Assembly: GCA_964016885.1 (NCBI GenBank)
Contig: OZ024755.1
Location: 28,520,001 to 28,584,000, forward strand
Source: Eledone cirrhosa
Lineage: Eukaryota
Length of the DNA: 64,000 nt
Reading direction: 5' to 3'
Positions within the stretch are counted from its first letter, which is position 1. Each line of letters begins with the position of its first letter. Made by a program: the position numbers and the translations under genes. This document shows positions 1 through 13,552 of the stretch, piece after piece. Below the pieces are notes generated by a model. That model did not search any database. It was not told where the DNA came from and was given only the letters and a program-made list of their open reading frames with translations.

Positions 1-440
1 TCAAGTAAACTAATTATATCATAAATATTAATTATGTCCAAAATCTGAAAAGCTACAAATTCCAAAATATTCTTTCCCTCAAGTATTTCAGATATTTTGA
101 CTTGACAAATTCTTAGCCGCAATATTAAAATAAAACTAAAAGAAACAAATTCGATGAGGAAATCTGTAAATACTTAAGTTAATAATTGCTTACATGGTTA
201 TGAATTTTAATAATAATTGCAACAAAATATCAGAAACATATGTTGCACATCTGTTGACACTAATAGACCTCTAGCAATATTGTGTTTAGACTAAATGAAG
301 AATCATGGTGGATGAAGCAAAAGAACGTTAGTTAAATCTTTTGACAACAATCAATTTCGGAAATGTCATTTCTGAGTTCCAATCGTACTAGGTATAGACA
401 TTAAGTATTGACATAAATGGTATACATAACTGCTATTTAA

Positions 441-471
441 TACCCGAGCAACGCAGGATACCGCTGCTAGT
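441..471 (+). mobile_element. Helitron-like 3' terminus
   Basis: Degenerate GC-rich hairpin tacccgagcaacgcaggata followed by CTAG|T. Confidence 0.5.
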
Positions 472-1259
472 ACATATATATATATAAGGTTTATGTCAAA
501 CCAAATAAAATACCGTGTATGATTAATTTTCTATGCAACGTAGATCAAGGAAACGCTGCAGTTCTGATTCAATCACATAGTGATATCAATAACACGTGTC
601 TGTCACTAATAAACATATCTGAGAGATTGAGTTTAGAAATATATTATCATCAGGTCTCCTTCTTTTTCTAATATTGTAGAGTGCAAATTACGGGATATCT
701 GCTTTCCTTAGCAGGTCAAGCGGTCATGTAGAAACTCATTCCATCGTACGCTACAGATATTTTTCTTGATGATGTGTTATATTATTATTAATATATGTTA
801 CAAGCAGTTAGGCGTCTATGCAAAATGACAAAAGTATTGTGGAGTCAATTGAACAAACAAATCTCCCTCCAACAAATTCTGACGTTTTTAAAGTGAATTA
901 AGAGTAGTCTTTATTTTGTGTATTCACACAGTGGCGGTGAAATTTCTGGAAAAGGCGCAATATAAGATTATCTTTCTAGGCTGGTTTACGTTCCAAGTGT
1001 TAATTGAGAAAGTTAGAGGTAGAAACTTACTCTGGTAATCGACTGGTTCATTATCTATTGACAATAAAGTGTTGAAATATATCAACGGTATTTGAACTCA
1101 GAGCTCAGAGACTCAAAGCAAATACTACAAAGTATTCAATCACATGCTGTATTTCTTTTTTCTAATTTGCTGCATATATGTATCTGGAGGCGGAGTAGCT
1201 ATGTATGAATTTGTTCAATATCTTTCATATTAATTTACAATCACGTCGAAATCAATGAT

Positions 1260-1770
1260 CACACTAACATTCATTTAAAAAAAATATAACACAGAGACCT
1301 GTAAATTTGTTCCCGTTGAAAATATCTGTGACTGGTATATTCAAGTAACATACATAACAGTTTTCTGAATGCAAGACATCAGTAAATATCAGTAACGTTA
1401 ACACTAATAAGAGCCATAAATAAAACGATGTGACACCAATACGTGTAACAGAAATGTTGACATTACCTTCTGCAATCGTGAAGTGACACTAACATCTGTA
1501 ATTGTGATGCTGACATTTACATCTGTAAAAGAAACGTTGACACTAAGAGCTGTGACAGATACATTGATATTAACGTGTGTAAAAAAAAAAAAAATTAAGT
1601 GTCGCTAAGAACTGTGACAGATATTTAGATACTATCATCTGTAAAAGAAATGTTACCACTTAGAGCTGTGTCATAATTTGTTACGCACGTACGCAAAAAG
1701 AAATGTTGACACAAATAGCTCAAACGTTTAGTTGATACTCAACACTGAAATAAAAATGTTTATACTAAGG
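1260..1770. repeat. Diverged ~27-bp minisatellite
   Basis: Recurrent unit resembling gaaatgttgacactaacatctgtaaca; outlying units near 250-280 and 2185-2280. Confidence 0.7.
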
Positions 1771-1952
1771 CCTATCCTTTGGTAATATCGTTAGATCTAA
1801 GGAGGAAATGCAGCATGATCCTTGTTTTAGCTCTTTGAGTGCAAATCTCCACGATGTCAATTCTGCACGTTATCCTTTCGGGATCATCAAAATATATATC
1901 AATGGAGAGTACAATCTGTCGAAATGCAAAGAGCGTCAGAGATAATGATTTT

Positions 1953-1998
1953 GGGTATTACCGCAGGGTATTACCGTAGGGTATTACCGTAGGGTATT
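1953..1998. repeat. 13-bp tandem repeat (gggtattaccgta) x3.5
   Basis: Directly visible. Confidence 0.9.
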
Positions 1999-2691
1999 TC
2001 ATGTTATTAATGACGAAGCATATAGGCTTAACTTGGCGGTATCGTGTAAAACAACTTGATGCAATTCAAGTGAACTTCTTTGTAATCTGCCATGATGTTT
2101 CATGATAATCATTGGCAATTGTTAATGAGGTCTCAGTGAGTTGCTCCTCAAACCCTGGGCATAGTAAGGAAAGAAAAAAAAAACACTGACACTAATAGAT
2201 CAGAGAGTTTTAGTACAAAATACAATCTGTAAAATAATATTGTCACTAAGTGGTGTGATACATATTTTCAGATTAACCTTTATAAAAGGCAACTGCATAA
2301 AACAAAGAACACTTACACGAAATACACAAAATATTTTGAGAAATTACGATGGTAAGCACGTTGTTAAAATAATAAAAATAACGTATTACTATCAGAAAAA
2401 ACAAACAAACTGAAACTTGATTTCAAAATGAATGGTTAACGTTATATAGTTGATATATAAACAAGACCACATTATCCGATGTGCCCTTTTCATTTTAGAG
2501 AATGATTTGGGATAATATTACTACCAGATCAATTACATATAGGATACATCATTGGCTAATACATATTACAGGTGTTTACTTGACAATACTATACGAGTCA
2601 ACACCCAAAAGTCAAAATATAATGCTTATGCAATTATACATACATGCACTATGTATAGACATGTAAATATATACATATATATATATATATT

Positions 2692-2722
<31 letters not shown>

Positions 2723-2929
2723 GCATATTCATATGAAAACCCTTTCTGTATATATCATAATGTTGTTGTGTGTATAGTTTGTACCTTCGGTCGGTTTTCT
2801 TAGTGTTATACTTTATAACTACGGTATTAACTCTGGACTTAATGTTTGTGTCTAACTTTCGATCCATTGACGGCTTTGTGATTGCCTAAAAGAAATCGAT
2901 TCGTACTTGCTGTACTGCAGCTAAAGTTC

Positions 2930-3570
2930 GATTTACAAATATTATATATATTAGAAAGTGAGCTTTTTCTTACAAAATGCAAAAAAAAAAACGAGGTGTC
3001 CTACACGAGTGAAAGTATAAGGAAAAAAGATGAAATCGAAAATGCAACTGGAGTCTTTTTTTTTTTTAAATATATTTATTTGGTTCCTATACCGGTTTCG
3101 CAGTTCTGCTTTTCCAAAGTAGAATTGAGATGGAGGGTTTGTGGTTTTTCATATACAAAAACCTACATACATATATATATATACACAATCTTGAACTCAA
3201 TTCATTTTGTAGAGCAGCATAAACTATTTTCTGGTTTATGAGATTTACAAGTGTTATATATATTAGAAAGTGAGGTTTTTTCTTACAAAATGCCAAAAAA
3301 AAAAACGAGGTGTCCTACACGAGTGAAAGTATAAGGAAAAAAGATGAAATCGAAAATGCAACTGGAGTCTTTTTTTTTTTTAAAGATATTTATTTGGTTC
3401 CTTTACCGGTTTCGCAGTTCTGCTTTTCCAAAGTAGAATTGAGATGGAGGGTTTGTGGTTTTTCATATACAAAAACCTACATACATATATATATACAAAA
3501 TCTTGAACTCAATTCATTTTGTAGAGCAGCATAAACTATTTTCTGGTTTATGAGATTTACAAGTGTTATA
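2930..3570. repeat. ~315-bp tandem duplication
   Basis: Two near-identical copies; the ORF track shows the duplicated peptide SYTSESIRKKDEIENATG. Confidence 0.9.
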
Positions 3571-3796
3571 CAAGAGATTCAAGGCGTTTATAATTGCCTA
3601 AAAAATTGCAGCTTACTAAATATTTTACAAAATATACACAGATATATATACAGCTGTATCAACATTCCGTTATATGAACTATACATACATCCACGCACAA
3701 CATAGATCTATGTATATATATACATATACACACGCACATACATATATATATATATGTATTTATAAATACATATATAGATATAAATATATGTACGTG

Positions 3797-3875
<79 letters not shown>

Positions 3876-3904
3876 ATATATATATAAAACCAGCTATAAA
3901 CATG

Positions 3905-3968
<64 letters not shown>

Positions 3969-3979
3969 CAGCTATAAAC

Positions 3980-4036
<57 letters not shown>

Positions 4037-4270
4037 GCACTTACAGCTGTATCAACATTACATTATATAAAACATAGCAGAACAACTGAGTAAAGAAACG
4101 GAGAATACGATAATATATGATAATCAGAAACATCAGAATTTAATACTTCTATAAATGACCGAGAACGTCGTTAATTAAGTTCGTGATGGTTAATAGAATC
4201 ATTAGTGAATGCTTCCATTTGGCACCATTTTACACTATTTCAACAACGTGTAGCTTTATATGCCTTGTCA

Positions 4271-4305
<35 letters not shown>

Positions 4306-4306
<1 letters not shown>

Positions 4307-4490
4307 AAGGAGGAAGTGTGGTAAAGAACCAGGTGGACAATAACGCACCAGAGTACTCAATACTTAGGGTAGTAGAGTGGGTAATAGTAGGAAATTGTTC
4401 AAGACTCTGATGGTAGAGCTCAAGCCAGTTCGACGGCTATTAGCTGTCGAAACGGCTTGAGTTCTGCCGTTGCGGTTTTGAACAATTTCC
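4306..4490 (-). mobile_element. Penelope-like fold-back remnant, family P1 (diverged)
   Basis: P1 tail (ggtaaagaaccaggtggacaataacgcacc...caatacttagggtagtagagtggg) plus degenerate hairpin, between TA tracts. Confidence 0.7.
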
Positions 4491-4492
4491 TT

Positions 4493-4563
<71 letters not shown>

Positions 4564-4752
4564 ACATATTACAAGGCATATATAACAACACGGTGTAATA
4601 GTGTAAAATTATATATATACATATATATATATACTAATGATAAATGTAAAGACTAACATCCGAAGAAGGCTCGATAAGGATTATATATATATAATTGTTT
4701 CTACTTTAGGCACAAGGCCAGCAATTACCCAGTGCATTACTGGTACTAATGA

Positions 4753-5008
4753 AGGCGCATGGCTTAGTGGTTAGAGCATTCGGCTTGCAATCGAAAGGTT
4801 GTGAGTTCAATTCTCGGACCGGGTGATGTGTTGTTTCCTTGAGCAAGACACTTTATTTCACGTTGCTCCAGTTTACTCAGCTGTGGAAATGAGTACCTCC
4901 CAGCCAGTGGGATGGCGTTATCTTATGGCTAAAACAGCATGACGTGCTGTGACCAGCGGCGCCGAATGGACGCCCGACAGACTGGTCGGTCAAGGTGATC
5001 AAGGTGAT
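4753..5008 (+). mobile_element. tRNA-derived CORE-like SINE
   Basis: A box tggcttagtgg, B box gagttcaattc, core ccttgagcaagacacttt. Confidence 0.8.
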
Positions 5009-5201
5009 ATATATATTTTATTTCATTACAAAGTAAACAACACCGTATAACTACTCCGTTACTAAAGGTTTCACGACCTTAGACAATCTTAGCATAATCT
5101 AGTTCCCTCATCAGATGAAAAACAAACCCGTATAGCAAATATTTCAGAAGATCCCGTTCAGGGTGAAAGCAGCAATTCTTTGCTTAAACTTTAATCTTTT
5201 C

Positions 5202-5233
<32 letters not shown>

Positions 5234-5693
5234 ATGGCGTTACCTGTTAATATATGTTTGAAATATCAAATCTCTAGTAATTGGGTTAACCGAAAACATT
5301 TGACTGTGAAATAGAATATATTAATAAGATCATAATTAAAGTAGATTAAAATTATCTGAAGAAAAATCAAAATAAAATTTATATAGTCTAGACTATGTGT
5401 TGTGTACTTAAATTAAACGAGGATGGTGGAAGATTATTGACCTAGACTGAAAAGGTCGCTTTTATATGAATTTATAAGATATTACTTCAATAATAAATGA
5501 TAGCGGAATGGTACTTTAGTCGAAAAGAATACAGAAAATATAAATATTAAACGATGAAATACTACTAGATTCCCGGCTCTTAAGTATTCAGGTAGTAATA
5601 TGTAGAAGATTATGAAATTTGAAATATATAATTTAAGATTCGTTGTAGTAAGTGAAACTGAACTCTATGTTTTCTATATTATTTTGAACGTTA

Positions 5694-5878
5694 GGGCGGT
5701 GGATTGGCAGTATCGGTAGAGGGTCGGACGCCATGTTTTCCAGCATAGTTACGTCTCTTTACGATCTGAGTTAAAATCCCGCCGAGGTTAACTTTGCCTT
5801 TCATCCTTACGGCGTCGATAAAATAAAGTACCAGTAATGCACTGGATAATTGCTGGCCTTGTGCCTAAAGTAGAAACA
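5694..5878 (+). mobile_element. tRNA-derived SINE with Nin/Deu-like domain (family S1), with 16-bp TSD
   Basis: Head tggcagtatcggtaga...gagttaaaatccc; domain gcctttcatccttacggcgtcgataaaataaagtaccag; TSD attattttgaacgtta at 5678-5693 and 5879-5894. Confidence 0.9.
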
Positions 5879-6239
5879 ATTATTTTGAACGTTAATAAAT
5901 CGCAATATTTCTGAGTTGAAGTGCGTTTATTGTACTAAATTATAGGTATGTGATAGTTAAATCATTAATGATTTCGCATACAATTAACTGTGTATATATT
6001 ATAATCCTATGCCTAAAAGATGAGACTAATAAGAAGTGTTGAGCAATTATGGGGAATTATTTTGAAGAGAATTTTATAGGTTTACGATGCACACGCATGG
6101 CATGGGTTTTGTTATCAGTGTAAACGTTTGGCACGTATAAAATGCCCCCATTCATATTAAAACGAACGTTGGTTGACTTTAAACTCCAAACTAGGGTCGA
6201 TTGCAATATCTTTACATTTCTGCTTGTTCTGATATTGAA

Positions 6240-6447
6240 CCTTTTAGCATTTACATTACTCTCTATATACAATAGTATTTTCACAGTAAACACTTTATCT
6301 CACATGAAATCAAATCTATGAGATTTTGATATTATTTATTTTGAGAACAATACCTTAGCATCCCTATGAGTGGCCAGTTACAGCCGGTTTGAACAAAAAG
6401 AGGTGAGAGAATTCTGGTGGGATACAGCCGGTTTAAATGCTAAAGGG
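6240..6447. mobile_element. piggyBac-type MITE
   Basis: TIRs ccttttagcattta / taaatgctaaaggg; right flank TTAA, left flank TGAA. Confidence 0.75.
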
Positions 6448-7020
6448 TTAAAGGAGTGTGCGTCGCTTCATATAGTCTCTATGATGAACAACTTTCCGTT
6501 AATACTTTGTGGGAAATTGAGTTTGATTTGGTGATGAAAATGGTACGGAAAAACTAGTTGTTTTCCTTTATATCTATTAGTGTTTATTTTATTACAGATT
6601 TTGTTTGGAAGGTTGTATGTTTATTTTCCGAAGGTACGATTCCACTATAGATTGTATATATCTATAAGAATTGTAGGAAATATATGAGGACGAGTTATGC
6701 TTAATTATAGATGAAGATACGTAGAAGCATAAAATTGGATTGTGGAAAATGGTATGTCTCTTTCTCCGTTTAAGATGACGTATAAATTTGATTACATGTA
6801 CGTTGCCGGTATTTCTGTTTAACCGCGTATAAGTTTTTCATTATAATGCTTGGAGAAATAGCTTAATAATTCTTCATTTTGTGACAGTTCTGGGAATCAT
6901 AAGGATGTCATTTAATTAATATTAAGATATAGGTTTTTGATCAATGTCTCGGGAAGGGAATTTAGTGATCGAAATTTACAAGAGCCTCTTGTATGTATAT
7001 ATGTACGTATGTCTATATAT

Positions 7021-7547
7021 GTCAGGTCGCTCTCGAGTGCTACTGGTTACATGTGAGCCAGTACAACCTGTCTAATGGTCGGGTCGTTGGCGGACTAAAT
7101 CGGTAACCCCACCAAGCTTACTTGGTGAAGATGGTGATATTTGGACATCCTGCAGGATGTAATGCAAGACTCGGCAAAGGACGGAAGAACTCAGAAGAGT
7201 CAACGGCCATCCAAATAGTACTTTCTTTTTTTCACCTGGGAGTGAAAGGCGCCAAGTTGTTGTCACAATACCTTTATAGGAGAGGGAATCTCTGAAAAGA
7301 ACTTGCGGTTTGTGAAACATCCGATGATGTTGACCAGTACTCCTTTTTAGGTAGTGTTTTCGGGGCTCAGAGAGTGGGATTGGTCGAGTGCAAGGCCTTT
7401 CCCCACTTAAAAAAACATTCAAAGCACAGGCATTGCTGGTTCAGGATATTTAACAGGTTTGTGTGTCTGGCCGTAGCCTAAAAGTGCACCAAACTCTATA
7501 ATCAGATAAACCATTACAATACTCTTGGCAGAGTTTACAGCCATCAT
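7021..7547 (+). mobile_element. Non-autonomous RTE-derived element, subfamily A
   Basis: gtcaggtcgc...cagccatcat flanked by (GTAT)n-type repeats; homologous to 24476-25010 and 57809-58317. Confidence 0.75.
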
Positions 7548-7627
7548 GTATGTATGTGTATGTATATGTATGTATATGTATGTATGTGTTTATGTATATA
7601 TATATATATGTGTGTGTGTCTATATAC

Positions 7628-7726
<99 letters not shown>

Positions 7727-7768
7727 TATATATATATATATGTCTATATATGCATACATACATACATA

Positions 7769-8375
7769 GTGGCTGCCAACTCGTTTTCGAGTACGGCCAC
7801 TACTTTATATCCATGTAGGAGAACCCCTACCGATGCGCTAAACGAGTGTGACTTTTTAGTCTAGCCAGCGACTTGAATACTCTGGTACAAACACTACACT
7901 TGTGACAATTATTGACACATAGTGCTGGGCCATTGGCACCATGTGACAACAAGTGCAGAGAGATCTCCAGATATAAAGCAATGCCTGTGCCGTGAAGCTT
8001 TTATAGTGAGCAAAGGCACTGCACAAAGCCAGTCCCACTCTCTTAACCAAGATGATATTTACCAAAAAGAAGAACAAGTCAACATCATTTGATACCATCA
8101 GGGTTGCAGGTGTTATATCAGAGTTTTCCTTCTCCTAGAATTCTGCCTTGACAAAGGCTAAGGGGTCATCTCTCCCGGTGATTTTGGATGGCTATTGACT
8201 CTTAAGAGCCCCTTTGCCTTTTGACAGGTTTTGTTTTTAGTCCTGCAGGATGCCCAAAGCCACCCTCCTCACCAAGAAACCTTGGTGGGGTTACCAGTTT
8301 AGTCGCCAACAACCCGACCATGAGACAGGTTGTATTGGGATACATGTTACCAGTAGCACCAACTGGTGACCTGAC
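7769..8375 (-). mobile_element. Non-autonomous RTE-derived element, subfamily B
   Basis: ~607 bp; the minus strand has the RTE 5'-UTR-like motif ctaggagaaggaaaactctgat; flanked by (CATA)n; near-identical to three other copies. Confidence 0.8.
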
Positions 8376-8901
8376 ACATATATATATATACATATACATA
8401 CATATACACATATACATACATACATATACATACATATACATACATACACATACATACATACATATACCTACATATACATACATATATACACACACATACA
8501 TATACATACATACATATACATACATACATACACATACATACATAAACATACATACACATACATACATACATATACATACACATAAATACACATACATACA
8601 TATATATACACACATACATATACACATATATACATATACATATATATACACATACACATATATACATATACACATATACACACATACACATACACATATA
8701 TACATACATATACACATACATATATATATACATACATACACACATATATATATACGCATATACACATATACATATATACATACACACACATATATATACA
8801 TACATACACATATACATACATACACATATACATATACACACATATATACACATATACACATACATACACATATATACACACATACATATACATATATATA
8901 T
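8376..8901. repeat. Complex (CATA/CA/TA)n microsatellite
   Basis: Directly visible. Confidence 0.95.
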
Positions 8902-9509
8902 ATGGTGGCTGCCAACTCGTTTTCGAGTACGGCCACTACTTTATATCCATGTAGGAGAACCCCTACCGAAGCGCTGAACGAGTGTGACTTTTTAGTCCAG
9001 CCAGCGACTTGAAACTTCTGGTACAAACACTACACTTGTGACAATTATTGACACATAGTGCTGGGCCCATGGTACCATGTGAGGACAAGTGCAGAGAGAT
9101 CTCCAGATACAAAGCAATGCCTGTGCCATGAAGCTTTTATAGTGAGCAAAGGCACTGCACAAAGCCAGTCCCACTCTCTTAACCAAGATGATATTTACCA
9201 AAAAGAAGAACAAGTCAACATCATTGGATACCATCAGGGTTGCAGGTGTTATATCAGTTTTCCTTCTCCTAGAATTCTGCCTTGACAAAGGCCAAGGGGT
9301 CATCTCTCCCGGTGATTTTGGATGGCCATTGACTCTTAAGAGCTCCTTTGCCCTTTGACAGGTTTTGTTTTTAGTCCTGCAGGATGTCCAAAGTCACCCT
9401 CCTCACCAAGAAACCTTGGTGGGGTTGCCAGTTTAGTCGCCAACGACCCGACCATGAGACAGGTTGTACTGGGATACATGTTACCAGTAGCACCAACTGG
9501 TGACCTGAC
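8902..9509 (-). mobile_element. Non-autonomous RTE-derived element, subfamily B
   Basis: Near-identical to 7769-8375. Confidence 0.8.
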
Positions 9510-10089
9510 ATAACATACATACATACATACATACATGCATACATACATACATACATACATACATACATACATACATACATGAGGCTCTTGTAAATTTCGA
9601 TTACTAAATTCCCTTCCTGAGATATTGATCAAAAACCTATATATTAATATAAATGTTGTCAACTTGTTACGATATAGGAATTCTGTAAGATAGAAATAGA
9701 CATAAAAAAGGTTTTGTCGAACAAGACAACTTTTCATAAATGTCTATACATACTAATGCTTTTGTTCATTATTGTAACTGGATGTATAATCAAAGGCACA
9801 TAGGTTTACGACCGTCAATTTTCAAGTATATCAATATATTTCCGGTTTAATATTACTATCCGGTGTTTATGCACATTCCACAGGAATATTTTGGATTTCT
9901 TCTAAAATCTGTGTTTGTTCTATATTGCCATAACTGTCAACATGAAATCTTAAGGTTTGAATATTTCTATAAAAACTTGGTTGTGCGTTAATGTATGAAT
10001 ATGTACGTCGTTTTTTGTGTTGCCTGTGCATCGCAGACATTTCAATTTATACTAACTTGGTGTAGCAGTTTCTTGGTGTAGCAGTTTCT

Positions 10090-11010
10090 TACATCATTCC
10101 CGGACACTCACACTCTGGTACCAGAGCCACACGTCACCTGCTGTCATGCAATTTTTTGTTTCTGTGAGCACGGTACGCCCAACAAATAGAGTAGACCAAA
10201 GCCTGTATCCCCTGCCAAAGAGACAACGTTCAACACCACACCCAAGCCTCTCTCAGCCACTATGAACCCCCAAATGCCCGTTTTGGCCACATCAACATCC
10301 ATTTAATAAGCCCCTACCATCTTTGACGGGTAACACATACCTACTAACCTTGCCAAACTGTTCCACTCGTTGACCTAAGGCCATATCTCCCTGTAGCACA
10401 GAAACACACGAAATCCTCCTTGCCTTTGATACAATCTCGGTCACCCGTTTCCGAGTCCCACGAGCGTATACCTCAAAAACGTTCAGATTCGTGAAATTAT
10501 ATGTGTGAACATCGTGGCATCAACATGAAACATACAACAGCTTATCACCTCCAAACCAATGGCTTGGTGGAGCGATTCCTCCGCCACTTAAATGAGACCC
10601 TCTTCACTAGAATCAACGCTTCCAAATGGATCAACCAAATTCCATAGGTGATGCCTCAAAGAAAGACATTAACACATCATCCACAGAAATGGGGTACGGC
10701 GCTCTTTTTTTTTTACTGTGCTTGGTGATTTTATCGGAAATTTGAAATCAGAACCTGATGCCAAAAGATGTATTGAACAGTTGAGAAACAACGTAGGTTG
10801 TTCTTATTCTAAATGATTTTCTAAAATCAAAATTTGCATTCTTTGTGATGCAGGACGAAAACCACATTCAGCCACCTTATGATGGATCACACGGAGTGAT
10901 TCATCCAGTGGGAAAAGTCATTAACATTACTGATTGGAGGATGAAACAACACGGCTTCCATCGATAGATTGAAGGCAACCCATCTCAACATTTACAGCCC
11001 TGTTCAATTG
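10090..11010 (+). pseudogene. Gypsy/Ty3 LTR-retrotransposon integrase relic
   Basis: Frame-broken motifs: HSGTRAT (HPGxxAT), HTTAYHLQTNGLVERFLRHL at 10531, PPYDGSHGV (GPY/F region), TASIDRLKA. Confidence 0.85.
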
Positions 11011-11173
11011 GCTCAACCATCAAGCAGATTCCATCCTAGGCCAGTCACCCACAACAACCACAACCTCGCAATAAATCAGACACCATCGAGCGAATTAAGT
11101 ACAGGCACAGGATGGATCGTGAACTCATCTTGACGCTTCTAGTAACTATATAGAACTTTACATTCAAACCTAT

Positions 11174-11379
11174 AAAGGAGGAACTGTGATTGAATACTTT
11201 TATAACTGTATCCATTCCCTGTGGACTTCATATTTAACTGACAAGCAGAAAACTTCGCATACATACAAATTGAATAATAATATCACTTCGGAGATAATTT
11301 TCCATACGTCTCAAGTATTTATTCTTCATTAAATAATAATCTAACAAACCCAGCAGTGTTATCATCTGTAATATTTACA
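11174..11379 (+). mobile_element. Possible polypurine tract and 3' LTR of the Gypsy relic
   Basis: aaaggaggaac directly followed by TGT; the candidate CA end at 11379 is a guess. Confidence 0.35.
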
Positions 11380-11567
11380 TAGGTTGTATGTTATTGTGTG
11401 TTATTTTACTCGATGTAGGACAAATCTGCTGAATGGACTTGAGCAGTTCAACATGTGGTTGTTACTGCTTTTGGACTTTTCTAGTGATAGAGGTACATGC
11501 GTATGCAGACACTCACATATACGTGTGTATATTTACTGGTGTTTATATGTACCTGTGTGCATATGCT

Positions 11568-11668
<101 letters not shown>

Positions 11669-11687
11669 ACTATATATATATAAGTAT

Positions 11688-11945
11688 ATCCCGGGTTCAA
11701 TCGGGGGTGACCACAGTAAGTAAGGGGCTCAATACATAGCAAAGTATAAATATTTAATAAGAAATGGCTTCTACAGGGCTAGAACTGATTAATTCTGGAG
11801 AAATCATCAGGAGGCCGACTGTCCAAGTAATATGGTGGTATTTATACCTTTTCTGGTGGTAGGGGGAGGGTGGTGATTGGGATGGGTGGAGGTCATTGGT
11901 TAATGGATTTAAAGAAAAGGGAATTATTGTAAATCTCTATTTAGA
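11688..11945 (-). mobile_element. Penelope-like remnant, family P2, with degenerate HHR
   Basis: Minus strand ggcctc ctgatga tttctccagaat taatc agttctagccct gta gaagcc; tail shared with 12750-12803, 32480-32507 and 58780-58828. Confidence 0.7.
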
Positions 11946-11947
11946 GT

Positions 11948-12039
<92 letters not shown>

Positions 12040-12094
12040 TCCTTTTTGAATTTTTTTCAAAGATTTCATATCTGAAAAAGAGTGTTGAAATAGA

Positions 12095-12533
12095 TATTGT
12101 TATACCTTGGTGGAGTCATGCTGCCAATAAAAACACACGCACCTGTCGTTTTCACTTCAACTTATTATGAATTTCCAGTTCGTTTGTTCAATAACCGGAT
12201 GGTTGTTTATATATTGTCAAAGCTCTTTCGTCACACATTCTGTGACCTCCTCAGTGAATGATTTCTTATAATGTGTCCCTCCTTTATTCTTTTCAACACC
12301 ATTTGTTTTCTCTGTTCACAAAATCAAGATGATGTAGGACCGAAAAAAGGAGAGACACAACATAAGAAATCAGTCACTGAGGAGATTGCAGATTGTGGGA
12401 CAAAAGAGCTTAAACAATATGACAATATATAAACAACCATCCAGTTAGTGAACCAATTAACCGGAAATTTATAATAAATTGACGTAAAAACTAACAAGTG
12501 CATGTGTTTTTATTGACAGTATGACCCTACCAA

Positions 12534-12535
<2 letters not shown>
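12095..12535. mobile_element. Penelope-like inverted pair, family P3, with HHR motif at 12216-12258 (-)
   Basis: 12095-12320 and 12325-12535 are diverged inverted copies. Minus strand: ctgagga g gtcaca-gaatg-tgtgac gaaa gagctt tgac. A further fragment lies at 38365-38500. Confidence 0.7.
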
Positions 12536-12615
<80 letters not shown>

Positions 12616-12624
12616 AATATAGAT

Positions 12625-12677
12625 GAGATTCTACAGGACTAGAACTGTTTCATTCTTTAGAAATCATCAGGAATCTC
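12625..12677 (-). ncRNA. Type I hammerhead ribozyme in P2 fold-back element (12612-12803)
   Basis: GAGATTC CTGATGA tTTCtaaaGAAt GAAA CAG ttctagtc CTG TA GAATCTC: 7-bp stem I, complete core, short stem II, GUA site. An inverted copy lacking the 5' stem I strand lies at 12677-12722. Confidence 0.8.
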
Positions 12678-12800
12678 TGATGATTTCTAAAGAATGAAAC
12701 AGTTCTAGTCCTGTAGAATCTCATCTATATTAAAACTTTTATACTCTTCAATGTATTGAGTACCTTACTTACTGTGGTTACCTCCGATTCAACCCGGAAT

Positions 12801-12874
<74 letters not shown>

Positions 12875-13173
12875 AGTGTGTGAGTGTATATGTGTACATG
12901 GCATTGGTATTTGTATGAAACGCCATTTTGGTTAATCTATGTGTTCATCTCCCGATCTCTCTACTTCCCAGCATTTGTATCTTCCTCATAATCTATTTTG
13001 GAGTTATAATGGAAGATTCAAGAGTCAATAAATATTATAGAACTCTGCCTGTTTCTATTGAATACTATTCTACTATGTTTAATGGGCCAGCATGCATTTA
13101 CGGCTTCTCCTTTCACATTCTATGCATATATGCATACATGTACGTATAAATATAATGGGCGCTTTAGTATGTG

Positions 13174-13247
<74 letters not shown>

Positions 13248-13446
13248 TGAGAGTGTTAGATATTTCTAGATTAATAAAGTGTATTAGTCGCTGAAATGGA
13301 GAAAAAAATATATTCATATATTAGAGAGACAGACATGAAATTCTAATATCAGTGTCACAGGAAGTCTAGTGAATGTTGGTATGTGTATGTTTTTGTGTGT
13401 GTGTATATATATATATATATATGTATGTATGTGTGTGTATATATAC

Positions 13447-13478
<32 letters not shown>

Positions 13479-13521
13479 GTGTGTATGTATGTATGTATGT
13501 ATGTATGTATGTATGTATGTA

Positions 13522-13552
<31 letters not shown>

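Noticed and set aside
5050-5120. ctgatga...gaaac hammerhead candidate on the minus strand (also 25415-25465 and 28196-28230)
   Set aside because: Core words are present but stems I-III cannot all be formed; at best decayed relics.
5694-5790. tRNA genes (also at 4753 and all S1 heads)
   Set aside because: A/B boxes are followed by SINE bodies, occur in many diverged copies and have TSDs.
10056-10090. Primer-binding site / 5' LTR of the Gypsy relic
   Set aside because: The duplicated ttggtgtagcagt is PBS-like, but I see no upstream sequence matching the putative 3' LTR.
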